Shown piece by piece: positions 1 through 12,000 of a stretch of DNA of 64,000 nt. A model generated the notes under the pieces. It saw nothing but the letters and a program-made list of their open reading frames with translations. It was not told the origin of the DNA and did no database searches. The stretch spans positions 40,175-104,174 of the forward strand of contig NW_004798611.1 of the NCBI RefSeq assembly GCF_000002075.1, written 5' to 3'. How positions within the stretch are numbered: position 1 is the stretch's first letter; each line of letters starts with the position of its first letter. Position numbers and translations under genes: made by a program. The DNA is from Aplysia californica (Eukaryota).

Positions 1-520
1 ATATATATATCATGGGCTTTTGATATGAAATCATTAAAAAGCGTAGCACTTCACAGTCTGGAAAAATGTCCATTTATGGTCCAACCCTACATTTCTATAC
101 ACACATGAAAAATTGTTCAACTCAAAGCCCTTTAACTAACATGAAATTCCTCATAACCACAATAAGATTTCAAATCCTTTGGTTTTTTCCCCTCCGTTAT
201 TTAGCATATATACAGCAACTTCGACCAATTTTCCTAATGCAAAGGAATTCTCTAATCCCTTTATTATTGAAGTTCATGTTATCAAGATTTTACTACATAG
301 TTATATTTATGGAAAAACATTTCCAGCATTTTATTTTCCCTAAGGCCAACACCTCATGGCCAAAACTCATCAACAGCTCCACAACGACTCACCATCTGAC
401 CCACCCACTACATGTAATGGCAGCCTAATGTTTTATATCCCCGGGCCAACTCTCCCCCCCCCACCCCCTCACCCCCCAATCGACACCATTTCCATCATTT
501 AGGAAATGGGCTGCTTTCGC

Positions 521-670
521 CCTGCTGTCAGAGCATACATCCAGGCTGAGAGGGATAAACGTCCGAGCAGACAGACGGAGATACTCAATAAAAAATGCTC
601 CCCACATGGGAATCAAACTCAGGTCTTCAGCATGCTATATAAACTGCCTAACCTCTACACCACAGATACT
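521..670 (-). mobile_element. tRNA-derived SINE, family copy 1
   Basis: Reverse strand reads TCTGTGGTGTAGAGGTTAGG (A-box) ... GAGTTTGATTCCC (B-box) ... TTTTATTGAGTATCT ... CTGACAG, shared with the copies at 4320, 8546 and 40158. Confidence 0.7.
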
Positions 671-943
671 GGTGTATCCATCCACTACACAGGCAACAAT
701 CGTGAGCCACCAAGTGAGATGACTTCTCCTGAACAACAACAACTTGTGCGTGTGGGTACGCAGTCGTAAAGATAGAGCCGACAGTTGTCCAAGAACAGAA
801 CAACCAGTGTAGCTCAGTAAGTAAGGGAGAAAAAAAAAAATTATATTTCCCTTGTTCATCTATACATCTTGACGAAACGTTCCCAAACAATGGTCCATAT
901 AATTTAGAGATAACATTTTACAAACTGAAGAACTAATTCTTAC

Positions 944-1553
944 CAATTCCGACACCAAGTATTGCTCGACCAGCAACGAGCATTGAGATATTCGAAGCTG
1001 CTCCAAGCACCAAAGCCCCAACGGTAAACACAAAACTGGCCAAAATAGTCACAATTTTTCTTCCAAACATGTCATTCAAAGGCCCCCCTGCTAAAGCCGC
1101 CAAGAAGGCTGCTCCGATAGTGACACTCACAATCACTTCCTGCCAAAAAGACGAGAGGGAAAACTCGTCTCTGAGAAGAAGCATAGCGCCCGACACAACA
1201 CCCGTGTCATAGCCAAACAAAAATCCACCAACGGCAGAGAATGACGCCAGTAGCCAGACATACGGAGTGGATTTACGAGAATCGTTCTTCATCATGATGC
1301 TTATGTTGTTCAAGGTTAAGCCCCTTGAAAGACGTGACGATTCAGATGAAGAGGAATTTCCAAACCCGTTATTGTGGGAGACCTCCGCCTCAGTTTTATC
1401 ATCTATTTCTTGTGCCTCAGCTGCAGTCCTAACTGTGAGAGTGGGCAGAGAAGGCTGTGCTATGAGTCGTGCATTCTCAGAGTCGGAAAAATTTGACAGC
1501 ATCAGCTCCTCGCCATCCTGGTCCAAATCGTCACTATCGTCGGATGAAAACAT
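944..1553 (-). CDS. SLC2A13: Proton myo-inositol cotransporter (HMIT)-like MFS sugar porter, coding exon 1; the gene continues beyond the left edge
   Basis: ATG at 1553. Sugar-porter N-terminal motifs GGFLFGYDTGVVSGAMLL, WQEVIVS, D.FGRK and GRAILGVGIG. Phase-1 donor G|GTAAGA at 943. Family is secure; the SLC2A13 orthology is by recall of the sequence. Confidence 0.85.
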
Positions 1554-2549
1554 TTAATCTAGATCTAGATCTAGGAGAGACACAGCACAGCTCTTGACTT
1601 TGACTTTAACGTTGATGATCACAAGAATTATCATGCAACTAAACTAAGACAAAGACTATTTTTTTCTAGCTAGAGGCTAGAGTGGAAGCAGTTTGAGAAT
1701 GATTTGCTTTGCCAGGGATCGATGAAAGGTCAAGTAACTACCCCAGACATCAGCACAATATTGACTTATTGATGACAGGCTGCTAGGTCATGGGATGAAA
1801 AGTGATACCGGCTCTCCACGTCAATAAAAGAGTTGTTGTTTTTTTTGTTGCCTGCCCAGTCTAACCTAGACTAGATATAGATCTAGTATAGATCTAGATC
1901 TCTAGATCTAACATACTTGACTACACAGTCACACACAAGTTTACTAGCGACTGGCGACAGACTGAGACTTAGATCTAAATCTAGATTCTAGATTTAGATA
2001 ATCTAGTGTTAAATGATTTCTGATAAAAGCAACATGTGTGATAAGTTGGAAAGGCCTTCATTCCAGTCCTTGGCTTCTTCTTTTCCCAAACGACAAGTAC
2101 TTTGCAAAGAACGAAATCGACAATGGAACACACACAGACACCAGAGAGCCATCAACAATACAATGTTTGTCAACACGACAAAATGCATGGATTTCCTTCC
2201 GGGTAAAGCGATAGGCCTAGTTGGATTGATCTTACCCGGCTTCACTTTTCTACTGGCTTGTAGCTTTCAACTTACTGCTGTTTCTTTTTGACCGGAAAAG
2301 AAACGAAATGGAAGGAAGGGGGTGGGCGGGGGCTTGTCACAATAAAGTTGTAAGATTTTTTTTTATTAAATAAAATTTTTAAAATATACACGTATTTTAT
2401 TTTTGAAAAACATGTCCATTTTGCATCCACAATTTCTTTTATTTCTGCTCTATACATCGAGAAAAAAAAATAGTCCTAGTATTAAATTCGGAAAATAAAA
2501 CCGGAATGGCAGCCAACTTCATTTTATACTGACCTTCACAACAAGTAAA
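1554..2549. promoter_or_regulatory. Probable bidirectional promoter region SLC2A13 / NDUFA5
   Basis: Divergent ATGs ~1 kb apart. CCGGAA ETS-like cores at ~2292 and 2501, a GGGCGGGG GC-box at ~2324, and a YY1-like AAAATGGCC over the NDUFA5 ATG. Confidence 0.6.
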
Positions 2550-3830
2550 ATGGCCGGTATACACAAAGTCGTAAGTGTCAAATCCTCTAGTCGTTTTCTT
2601 TTCTCTTCTTTGGTTGATCTTTATTGGTGAATATACGATTATGTTGTCAACCAAGTTAATATATTGGGGCCCCCTTAGTAAAGTGACTCAATACAGGAGT
2701 GCATCACTGTTGGGACAGTGATGGTCATCAGCCTTCTGAAACTGAACTGCACTGCACGTTTTTGCCACAGTTTGCACACACTAACTTACGTCCTAAACAT
2801 TACTTTATGATTATAATGAATGCTCTTTTGATTTGAGAATGAATTAAATATAGACCCACAAATAGAATAAGTAGATCTAGATCTAATAGGCTATAATAAG
2901 GGTCAGCAGAACATGGGTTACTAAACAAACATGTTTTAACTTTGAAAGTGGCTATTCTCACCCGCCCGGAAGTTCTCGCAAGATCAACTCCTCCCCTCTT
3001 CTTTCTCTCTCTGTCTCTTTCTGAATACTGTCTATCGGTGTGGACGATCAAATTGACCGAAACAAAGTTAAAAAATGATGTTAAAACACAAAAGTAAATT
3101 AATTTGGTTGTCTACAAAGATGCTACGGCTATTTAACTTTTCGAATCGAGCCGAACTATGCGGGTCGCCATTTTGTTTTGCCCGGAAATTCTCGCGCTAC
3201 TCCTCTCTCTCTTTCTCTCTCTCTCCACTGCCCACAGACAAAATTGTACGCTTTTAGTAAGCTACAGTTGTAATGGAACGTTTGTTCACGGCACAGAATT
3301 CTACAATTTTTCCTCACAGTACAGTGTAGAATTCTATGGTTTAGGGTGAACGCAAAATTTGGTGAACGCGCACCGGGTGAGAATAGCCACTAGACTCGCC
3401 TGCACTATTCTCACTCCGGGTGAGAATAGAGGTGGCCTTTAACTTTCACATTTTACTTTTACTTTTATAGTTAAAGATAATGATAAAGGGAGTGTATACA
3501 GACCCGGTAACCGGGAACAAAGTCACAAAGTATACAGACCCGGTAGAGGAACTCTTTTGTGATTTCGGAAAGTTTCAGCGCCCTCTTGGCTCAGGGTAGA
3601 CCCAGGTTCTTCTAGATCTATGGCCTAGGTCTAGATCTAGACCAAGGAGATCTAGACAGACAGACATAAATCATTGATCTAGTTACGAGGCTAGCCTAGA
3701 TCTAGATCTAGATCTCTAAATGAAGATTGCGGATGTCTTTTCGATGAACGATCGTTTTTCCTCCGTTTTGGAGTTGGAGGAATCACAATGTGAAGAAAAG
3801 AAACAATGTCATAATTTCAATCGAGCAGTC

Positions 3831-3874
<44 letters not shown>

Positions 3875-4031
3875 TCTCTCTCCCTCTCTCTCTTCTGTCT
3901 CTGTGTACCGCTCGCATTCTCTTTTTCTTTGTCTCTGTTTCTTTCTCCCCACTCCCACCTATTTCCCAATCTATCTTTCTCTCGTCGTTCCCTCCTGCCA
4001 ACTGGGACATGTCATCTAGCACTTCCCCCTG

Positions 4032-4072
<41 letters not shown>

Positions 4073-7000
4073 TACCGGATCTGGGCGCTGAAACTTTCCG
4101 AAATCACAATAGAGTTCCCCTACCGGGTCTGTATACTTCGTGACTTGGTTCCCGGTTACCGGGTCTGTATACACTTCGAAAGATAAATTACACTCTTTGG
4201 ATTTGATCACATGGATCACTTTCACAATTTAAAAAATCTTTCTTCACAGATCGTCTTTCTAGAAACCCTAAATCTAGATCTTATCTTATAAAAATGCATG
4301 AGGAAATGTTTAACTACTTGTGTCTGTGGTGTAGCAGTTAGACACTTCGCTGTCACATGATGCACTATGCAGGTGACCCGAATTCGATTCCCGGGTGGGA
4401 AGAAAGTTTATTTTATTGAGTGTCTCTGTCTTTCTTCTTTCTGTGCTGGGATGTTGCATCCCTCTTAGCCCGGGTTGGCCCTGACATTGCTACTTCAAAT
4501 TCAAATCAGTTTTTGTCTGTGAGATACCATCTCAGAAATAAAAGGCATAAAATTCCACTTTCCAACGTTTTATTCACATTGGGGAGAGTTTGGGTATAAG
4601 GTAAGATTTGATCGTCATATGATCTGAATAGTGCAAGGAGGGTTTTTAATAGAATTCAGAGCACTCATATGTTCAGCACCAAACAGGTCCATTCAAACTA
4701 TTGAGATTGTCATTTACTTTTTTCCTTGTTTTGCCTGCGGTCTAGATCTAGGTTGATTAAAACTTACTCAGGGAATGATTATGTGTCATTTTTAGTACTT
4801 TCTCCCACTTTCTGTCATGGACTCATGCGCACAATTTCTGGGTTTTCTTTTTCAGACAACTGGTCTCACAGGCCTGGCAGTGGCCCGGCACCCTCACCAG
4901 GTAAACAGCCCATGAGTCTCCTGTACATTCTTCTATTCTTCACATTTTATTATTAATATATATAGAGAGAGAGAGATCTATATACACTTACCGTATACTG
5001 GAGACTACAAACTCATTTGTTTCCCCCAACAGTATTCATGTGTGGCATCTGTGAATGGCCAGAAATCTTGTTGCTCCTTTCAGACGCCTTCACTTCCTTT
5101 CAGCTTTCATTTTCCGTTTATTCTGAAATTCTTTTATGAAAGTGTATTATAAAATTAAAATTTCATAACAATGTGAGTGTCTTTACCATTCCTGTCATCA
5201 ACATTTTTGTACACCGTGGCCGATCAACGTCCCATGAGGGAAAGTGTTAAACTCTGAAAAATTTCTAATGGGGACAATATATTAAAGAGTATTATCTTAT
5301 CTTTTTACAATGAAAAAGGGACCAAATTTTGCAGACGTTTCACATTAAAAACTCTCCTGTTGACACTGTTGGTGCTATTTTTCACCAGTGAGTTTTGTTG
5401 TCACTGGAATCATTGGAAAAAGAGCAGCTCTTATTCTCAGTATTTGTTTTCTGGTAAACCCAATTTTAGTTGTATCTCTATTCACTTGTCTTTTTGTTCG
5501 CAAATGCAACTTTGTAAGTTTTCAGTTATTTTCACCAAACCCCTGTGGCATAATTGAGGTAGCTCCCTTCCTACAAAAAGTTTCTAAACATTTTGACAAC
5601 AATTGTGCTACAGAAAATATGTGTTTTTCTTACAATGATGTGTTGTCCTTGAAATGATGTGATACTTATTTTTTTCCTGGTCACTCATGTTGTTAGAAAG
5701 TTTTTACCTCAGCAGACTTCACAAAACTCAATTTAATGACAGCTGCATGTGTAGTGCTACAAGTTCATGTTTTTCTCACAATATTCATTTGTTACATGTT
5801 CTGTATATTCTTCAGACCTTGAAAGTCCTGTATGGGAAAATCTTGAGTCAGTTGAAGAAGATGCCCACAGAAGCTGCATACCGCAGGAATACCGAGCTGA
5901 TTGTCAACGAAAGACTTGCTGCCGTCACAGCAGTAAGTGGAGATTTGATCAAATAAACATTTTGCAGGATTTTGTGTACATACGGAACCACCGGAAATGA
6001 TTTAAACTAATTTGAACTCTTTTTAAGGAAAAATTTCGTAGCATGTCCTGTCCCAAACAAGAATCTAGACCCAGAATTGGAATAGAAAACGAACAGTCGG
6101 GGAATTTGTTTACCCCAGTCGCTAAGGTAGTAGTCGAATTTCAAATGACTGCAAATATGAATGTTTGCAATCTGTTCAGCGTGTTTTGTCGGGATAGTAG
6201 TGATTCCAGAGGAAACAGACTGCATGTCAATGCAAAAAGTGTGATTAAATTTGATTAAAATTGCGAAAGTGCAGGGAAAATGCCTTTCTCCAATTTTGCT
6301 ATTTTGATGAGCGTCTGATTTGACCATGATGCCTCACATATTGTGACATTTCCTCATGTGATGACTGATAGACTGAGCTAGTCCTCATGTGATGACTGAT
6401 AGACTGAGCTATTTTCTCATGTGATGACTGATAGACTGAGCTAGTCCTCATGTGATGACTGATAGACTGAGCTAGTCCTCATGTGATGACTGATAGACTG
6501 AGCTATTTCCTCATGTGATGACTGATAGACTGAGCTATTTCCTCATGTGATGACTGATAGACTGAGCTAGTCCTCATGTGATGACTGATAGACTGAGCTA
6601 GTCCTCATGTGATGACTGATAGACTGAGCTAGTCCTCATGTGATTTTCTTTTTCCCCTGACAGGAGCCGGACGTTGTGAAGCTGGAGCAGAGAATTAATT
6701 GTGGCCAGATCGAGGAGGTCATCATACAGGTGGGTGCTGCCAAGGGAGGGGGCTGGTGGGCTGCCAAGGGAGGGGGCTGGTGGGGGGTGGGGGGGGGCTG
6801 CCAAGGGAGGGGGCTGGTGGGGGGTGGGTGCTGCCAAGGGAGGGGCTGGTGGGGGGTGGGGTGGATGAAAAGGTTGGGCATTATTTACTTCTTCTCTCCC
6901 AAGCCTAAACGGCTGATGATACCGTACCTCATATTTCTACACCGTGTGTCTGGGGTTTTTTCCTCACAAGTATCTGCTTCACTTTGATCTTCTGTTGTGA

Positions 7001-7444
7001 TCTTGCAGAGTCGATGAAAGTGAATGTTTTCTTACAATTTTAATTTGTCTATTTTTAGAAGGGTTAAACGGGGGTTGGATAACACAACTAGTTTGGATTT
7101 CTTTTCTCCTATTTCGTTGTTTTTGTTTGTCAGTCTCTCTTTTTTTCATTCACTCAACCAATGTTTTTGCACCTAATCAATGTGCTTCACTTTACTAAAA
7201 AATATCAAACAGGTTTGAAGTGGAATATTTTTTTCTCCTTCTCGCTCATTTTGATTTTACTTTGCTCATTGAGTGTCATGTGACCTGATGTGGGCTTTTG
7301 GAAAACTGTCGGTTGATTTGATGTTGTCGCTCTTCCCAGGCTGAGAGAGAACTCTCGCTGTCCCGGAGAATGCTCCAATGGAAACCGTGGGAACCTTTAG
7401 TGGGACAAGCTCCGCCCAACCAGTGGAAGTGGCCGCTGGCATGA
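2550..7444 (+). CDS. NDUFA5: NADH dehydrogenase [ubiquinone] 1 alpha subcomplex subunit 5, 117 aa; join(2550..2570,4856..4900,5816..5932,6664..6729,7340..7444)
   Basis: Spliced product MAGIHKV|[15 protein letters not shown]|[10 protein letters not shown]...[20 protein letters not shown]|[22 protein letters not shown]|[34 protein letters not shown]. All introns are GT-AG phase 0. Exon sizes 21/45/117/66/105 nt. AATAAA at 7615 and 8045. Confidence 0.95.
2947..3391. mobile_element. MITE with perfect 18-bp terminal inverted repeats
   Basis: AGTGGCTATTCTCACCCG (2947-2964) and CGGGTGAGAATAGCCACT (3374-3391), with a non-coding interior. Confidence 0.7.
3491..4175. mobile_element. Foldback/MITE-like element with ~93-bp TIRs
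   Basis: 3491-3583 is the near-exact reverse complement of 4083-4175. Each arm carries two GTATACAGACCCGGTA-type subrepeats. The interior has (TCTAGA)n, (CT)n and (CA)n. Confidence 0.85.
4320..4490 (+). mobile_element. tRNA-derived SINE, family copy 2 (tRNA-Asp-like head)
   Basis: TGGTGTAGCAGTTAG A-box, CTGTCAC anticodon-loop-like segment, GAATTCGATTCCCG B-box, and the shared body TTATTGAGTGTCT...GGTTGGCCCTGA. Confidence 0.7.
6230..6340. mobile_element. Diverged terminal fragment of the same MITE family
   Basis: TATTTTGATGAGCGTCTGATTTGACCATGATGCCTCACAT resembles the right TIR at 46097-46136. Confidence 0.6.
6351..6643 (+). repeat. ~31-bp minisatellite (TCCTCATGTGATGACTGATAGACTGAGCTAG), ~9 copies
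   Basis: Direct tandem copies ending ~20 nt before NDUFA5 exon 4. Confidence 0.95.
6730..6864 (+). repeat. G-rich tandem repeat (GCTGCCAAGGGAGGGGGCTGGTGGG), 4 copies
   Basis: Starts at the NDUFA5 exon 4 donor. Confidence 0.9.
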
Positions 7445-8417
7445 GACAGACAGACAGACAGAGACAAAGATATGAAGCGGATGACTGTTTTAAACGTTTA
7501 GTGGTAGTAGAATCCTGACTGTGAATGACTTGTGCTTGGACTAATACTATAGAATTTTTCAATTATATTTTTCGTCTCACAAGATGGAATCAACTGCAAC
7601 TGGCTGATTAGTCGAATAAAATTGAAGTGTGAGGAATAGATTCTTTTCGTTTTATTTGTTTGCAGTTTGGACCGCCGAGCAATGATGGTTGATGGTTATA
7701 ATTATAAAGTCCCACTTCTTTTCTTTCACTCTGGTATTTTTTTCTGTCTTTTTGTCCATCCTGCCTTTTCCCTGCTCTGACTGATCGTTATTGTGAATAT
7801 ATATGTATGTATGTGTGTTTGTATGTATGTGTGTGTGTGTGTGTATTATATACCACAGATTGAGAACTGTAATTTTTTTTAGTGTCAAAATTTTGAGCTT
7901 GGTACATTTCAACAGCTGGCGGAAGATTTGACATTCCTGGGGTCAGAGGCAGACAACAGACGGGATACTGTTAGTTCGCTTTTGTTGTAAAATGTATAAC
8001 ATTTACCGAGCCGCAGCAAAATTTTCTTCTTTGAGCTGGAGATCAATAAAATCTTATCTCAAAATGAAGAAACTCCAGTGTGTGGGGACTGGTATGCTTG
8101 CTGTAGATCAAAGAAATCTGCAACAGTTGGATCACTGCTAGTGCTAGTCTTTCCTTTAAATTAATATCTGCCTAGAATTTTCCCATCAAACAGTCTGGCA
8201 CACACATACCATACATGATGTAAGGAAAAATGGAAAAACTAATAGATTTTCAGGTTGCAGATTTTTTCTTTAATAATTTAATAATAATAATATTGCAAAT
8301 AATTTCTCTAGTGCCCTCACCTGTACAATACAGCTCTAGGTGTTTGACAACACCTTCATCTTGTCACAGACTACTTCATGTACGGTTCATGAACATTCCG
8401 AACATACATAAAAATAT

Positions 8418-8620
8418 ACACTCTTTGGATTACAGTATCACATGGACCACTTTCACAAGTTAAAAAATCTCTCTTCACAGGTCATCTTTCTAGAAACCCT
8501 ATCTTATCTTATCTTATAAAAAGGCTTGAGGAATTGTGTAAATACCTGTGTCTATGGGTGGGGAGAAAGTTTTATTGAGTGTCTTGGTCTTTCAGCCGGG
8601 ATGTGCCCTGACAGGCAGGT
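8418..8620 (+). mobile_element. Dispersed repeat homologous to 4190-4490, lacking the tRNA core
   Basis: ACACTCTTTGGAT...CACTTTCACAA...TCTTTCTAGAAACCCTA...TGTGTCT and AAAGTTTTATTGAGTGTCT match the copy at 4190. Confidence 0.75.
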
Positions 8621-9096
8621 TTGGAAGCCAGCCTCCTAATTTACCTAAACTGTGTTGCTGGGAGCATAAGAAATATCTACTCCTACGGTACCGTACATTC
8701 AACAAATAAATGTGTGTAAATATCATGAACCAAATGTCGTTATAAGACACCACACTAAGGCCAAGGTCATTTGGAAACGTTAGTTCCACTTGGTAACTTT
8801 GTGGGTGGTTGGAGCGTGCCACTGGCAGAACCTACGTATGTTCTTCCCCACTGATTTTCCCGTCTGCCCGCTCTGTCTTTTCCCCTGCACTGAGTGACCA
8901 CTGTTGTGTCCATGTGCTTCTTCTCTCTCTTCAAATGAATCATTCCAACTCAGACTTGATGACTGGACTGAAAGTACTCCTAGCTCTTAGTCTTGTCTCT
9001 ACTTGTCCAACGTCTAGACTGGCACTCTAGAGGTGTTCCTGGAACTACTGATCTTAGTCTTGTCTCTACTACTTGTCCAACGTCTAGACTAGCACT

Positions 9097-12000
9097 CTAG
9101 AGGTGTTCCTGGAACTGGAAGGTCCCTAGATGGGAGAAGTCGGCCATGTGGTCGTGCTGTGGCTGTGGCTGTGGCTGTGGCTGATAGACGGAGTGCTCGG
9201 CTGTTGCCATGGTCGACCCAGCGGGTATCACCAGGACGGGCTGGGGGTGGGGCACGTGGTGTAGGTGGGAGGAGCTTGGGATAGACGGGGGAGGGGCAAA
9301 TGTCATGACAGATCCGTGAGGGGGAGGAGGAGGAGGCAGGCGGGAGGAGGGGAGGAGCAGCGTCTGCTGGGGAGGCGGGGCTTGTGGTGACGACAGCTGG
9401 TGTATCGCTGCATGACAGTCGGCCTCACGGGGCTCGTACTGGGACACCTGGGTGACCTCCGCTTGGGCGGCGGTGTGGACGTTAGCCAGGCTGACGGAGA
9501 TCACTTCACCGCGGGGATCTGACAGGACGGATGACGATCCACTGGAGTGGATGTCGTTCAGGTTCAGGCCCATACGGATAAAAAACTCCTCGGCTGTCAT
9601 GTCCCTCTCCAACCTGTGAGGCTCAAGACTTTCCTCCAATCTCCTCCCACCAGCTACGTGTGCTGTATTTTCTAAAACGACTCGATGTCTGTTGGAATAT
9701 TGCTGTGACTCGACTCCCACTCTATACGCTGAGCCGCAGTCTTCAACTCCTTTCTTGTACCCTGAGTCGGCTCCTCTCTTCTTACTTTCCTCGTGTCTCA
9801 CACTCACCACAGGAGCGGAGGAAGCACCCGGGCCTTGCCTCGTGTCTGTGAGCGTGGTGGGCGTGTCTGCGAGGGAGGTGGGCGTGTCGGTGAGGGTGGT
9901 GGGCGTGTCCTTGCTCGTCTCCACAATGGCGGAAGACTGAGCGGAGAAGGAATCTGTCTTGTCCTCTGCAGCTCCACTTCCTTTTTTCTTCTTTCCTTTC
10001 CCCTGAGCAGACGTGGTGGCCAGTTCCACGCTCCCTTCGGTCTCCCCGCTGTGATGTTTCTTCACATGTTCTCTCAGCTTGTCCACGCGACTCGAGGCGT
10101 ACTCGCACACGTCACATTTGTGGGCCCGCACCGCCGAGTGGGTGCGCTCGTGCCGGACCAGATGCGACCGTTCGATGAAAGCTTTGCTGCACACCTTACA
10201 CACGTGCTCCCGTATGCCGAGATGGCTGCGCATGTGCGCCTCCAGTTGAGAGCGTTTGGGCGTGGCGTACTTGCAGGAGGGGAAGTTACATCGGAACACA
10301 TCACCTGTCCAGCACATCAAAGGGGACAAACAAAAGGTGATGTTACTACATCTGAACAGATAACTCGTCAACATGGAGCATAAACTTAACTTTAGGAACA
10401 TCTACTGACACATACAATAAGAATATTTAGGATAAGTACAAAGACTCACTACTTTTCTTACGTGCTCTTTCACAGACAGATAAAGATAGTTTTAAAAGAT
10501 TTTTAAAACACCACTGTCAAAACTGGCCTCAGAGAAACAAACATTTTGAAATCATTTGCTGCAATCTCAGACTCCTATATGATAAAAAGAGTGGCAAAAA
10601 CATAAGCAATTTCATAAGAAAAAAGAGCATACAAATTTATACAAAAACCAAAAAAAAATTTTAAATGTCTTCAATTTAACAAGTACTGTAACTGACTTAA
10701 AAGAAATAGCATTCCACACTGACCCACATTTCTAAACAATCAATCAAATCTACCAAATAAAATGGCCCTATTCCTGGCAACTGTCTGATACAGTGATAGT
10801 CAAATTCATCTATCACTTTGTCCAAAAGTAACCAAACAAAATATATCATAAATTTCTTTTCCAATGTTTTACGACAATCTATGTTGTTCAGGACGTTTTC
10901 AAGAAAAATTCCTTGAAATGTGAAAAATCTACAAGAAACAAAAAACTTTTGAAAGTGCATGAAAAAGAAACATCAAATAGAATATCTTTGGCTACCAGCC
11001 TATTTGATTAATATTTAATCCACAACTTATAATTGACCAGTCAGTATCGTGCTCTGTATTTTTCAACTGTGAAGTATAAGAAGAAACAAGCTGGCCACCT
11101 GTGTGGATCTTTTTGTGCGCGATCAGATGAGACTGGAACTTGGTGGAGAAGCCACAGAGGTCACACAGGTAGGGTCGGAGGTCGCTGTGAGTGACCATGT
11201 GCTGGTCAAGCGTGTTCTTCAACTTGAACGTCCGGCTGCACTCAGGGCACTGGTATTTCTTCTCGTCTGAAGGTCGCAGTGAGGCGGGGAATGTGGGACA
11301 AGAGGGGGGAAAATAGAAGTAAGGACTAGGAGACGCCAGTCAAGTCAAAGAAAGTCTTCCTCCTTGCTGTTTGGTGTACATAAACAATGGATGAAGTGAA
11401 CCTTGCATCATTTCAGAGAACCCAAGCTGTAATTGCCATCCCTATTATTCCAACAAGTACACATTATTCCCCTCATCCTACTTATGAACAGAGTAAAAGC
11501 CTACTTCTTAAGCTCACTCTTTGTCAGAAACTGTTTACTTATGAAAAGAGTAAAAGCCTACTTCTTAAGCTCACTCTTTGTCAGAAACTGTTTTCACTGG
11601 TATTAAAAATGGAGACAGGACAAGAAAGCACACGGTCCTATTGGAGACGGACGTTAAACTAGGAGGTCCCACCCCTTAAATAACCTAAAAGTGTTGATAG
11701 GGGCGTTAAACCCATACCATTTCACCATTTTCAAGAAAGCACCGAGGTCGCGATCTGTTACCAAACAAACCCAAACAAACCCAAACAAACCAACCTGAAT
11801 GGTTTTTGATGTGTGCGTACAGATTGTTCCTTGTCCGGAAAGCCATGAGGCAAGAGCTGCAGACGTACGGCCGGTCGTCCGTGTGCTGGCGCCGATGAGT
11901 CAGGAGGGTTGCCATTTTGTCCGTACTGAAATGACAGTCTTCCCCGTCACAAAGGTACGGAGGACCTGGAAGTTGAAAGGAATTATCAAAGTTGGTGTAA

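Noticed and set aside
4322-4402. Functional tRNA-Asp gene, possibly with an intron
   Set aside because: Acceptor and anticodon stems pair poorly, and the head is joined to a dispersed repeat body, so it is better explained as a SINE.
6351-6643. C/D snoRNA array (each unit has GTGATGA and CTGA)
   Set aside because: The boxes are nearly adjacent, with no recognisable guide sequence or terminal stem. A plain minisatellite is simpler.
9660-10383. Antisense or alternative-frame ORFs over GC-rich exons (also 14085-15248, 31048-31389, 48879-49343)
   Set aside because: Shadows of real coding exons, with no domain signal.
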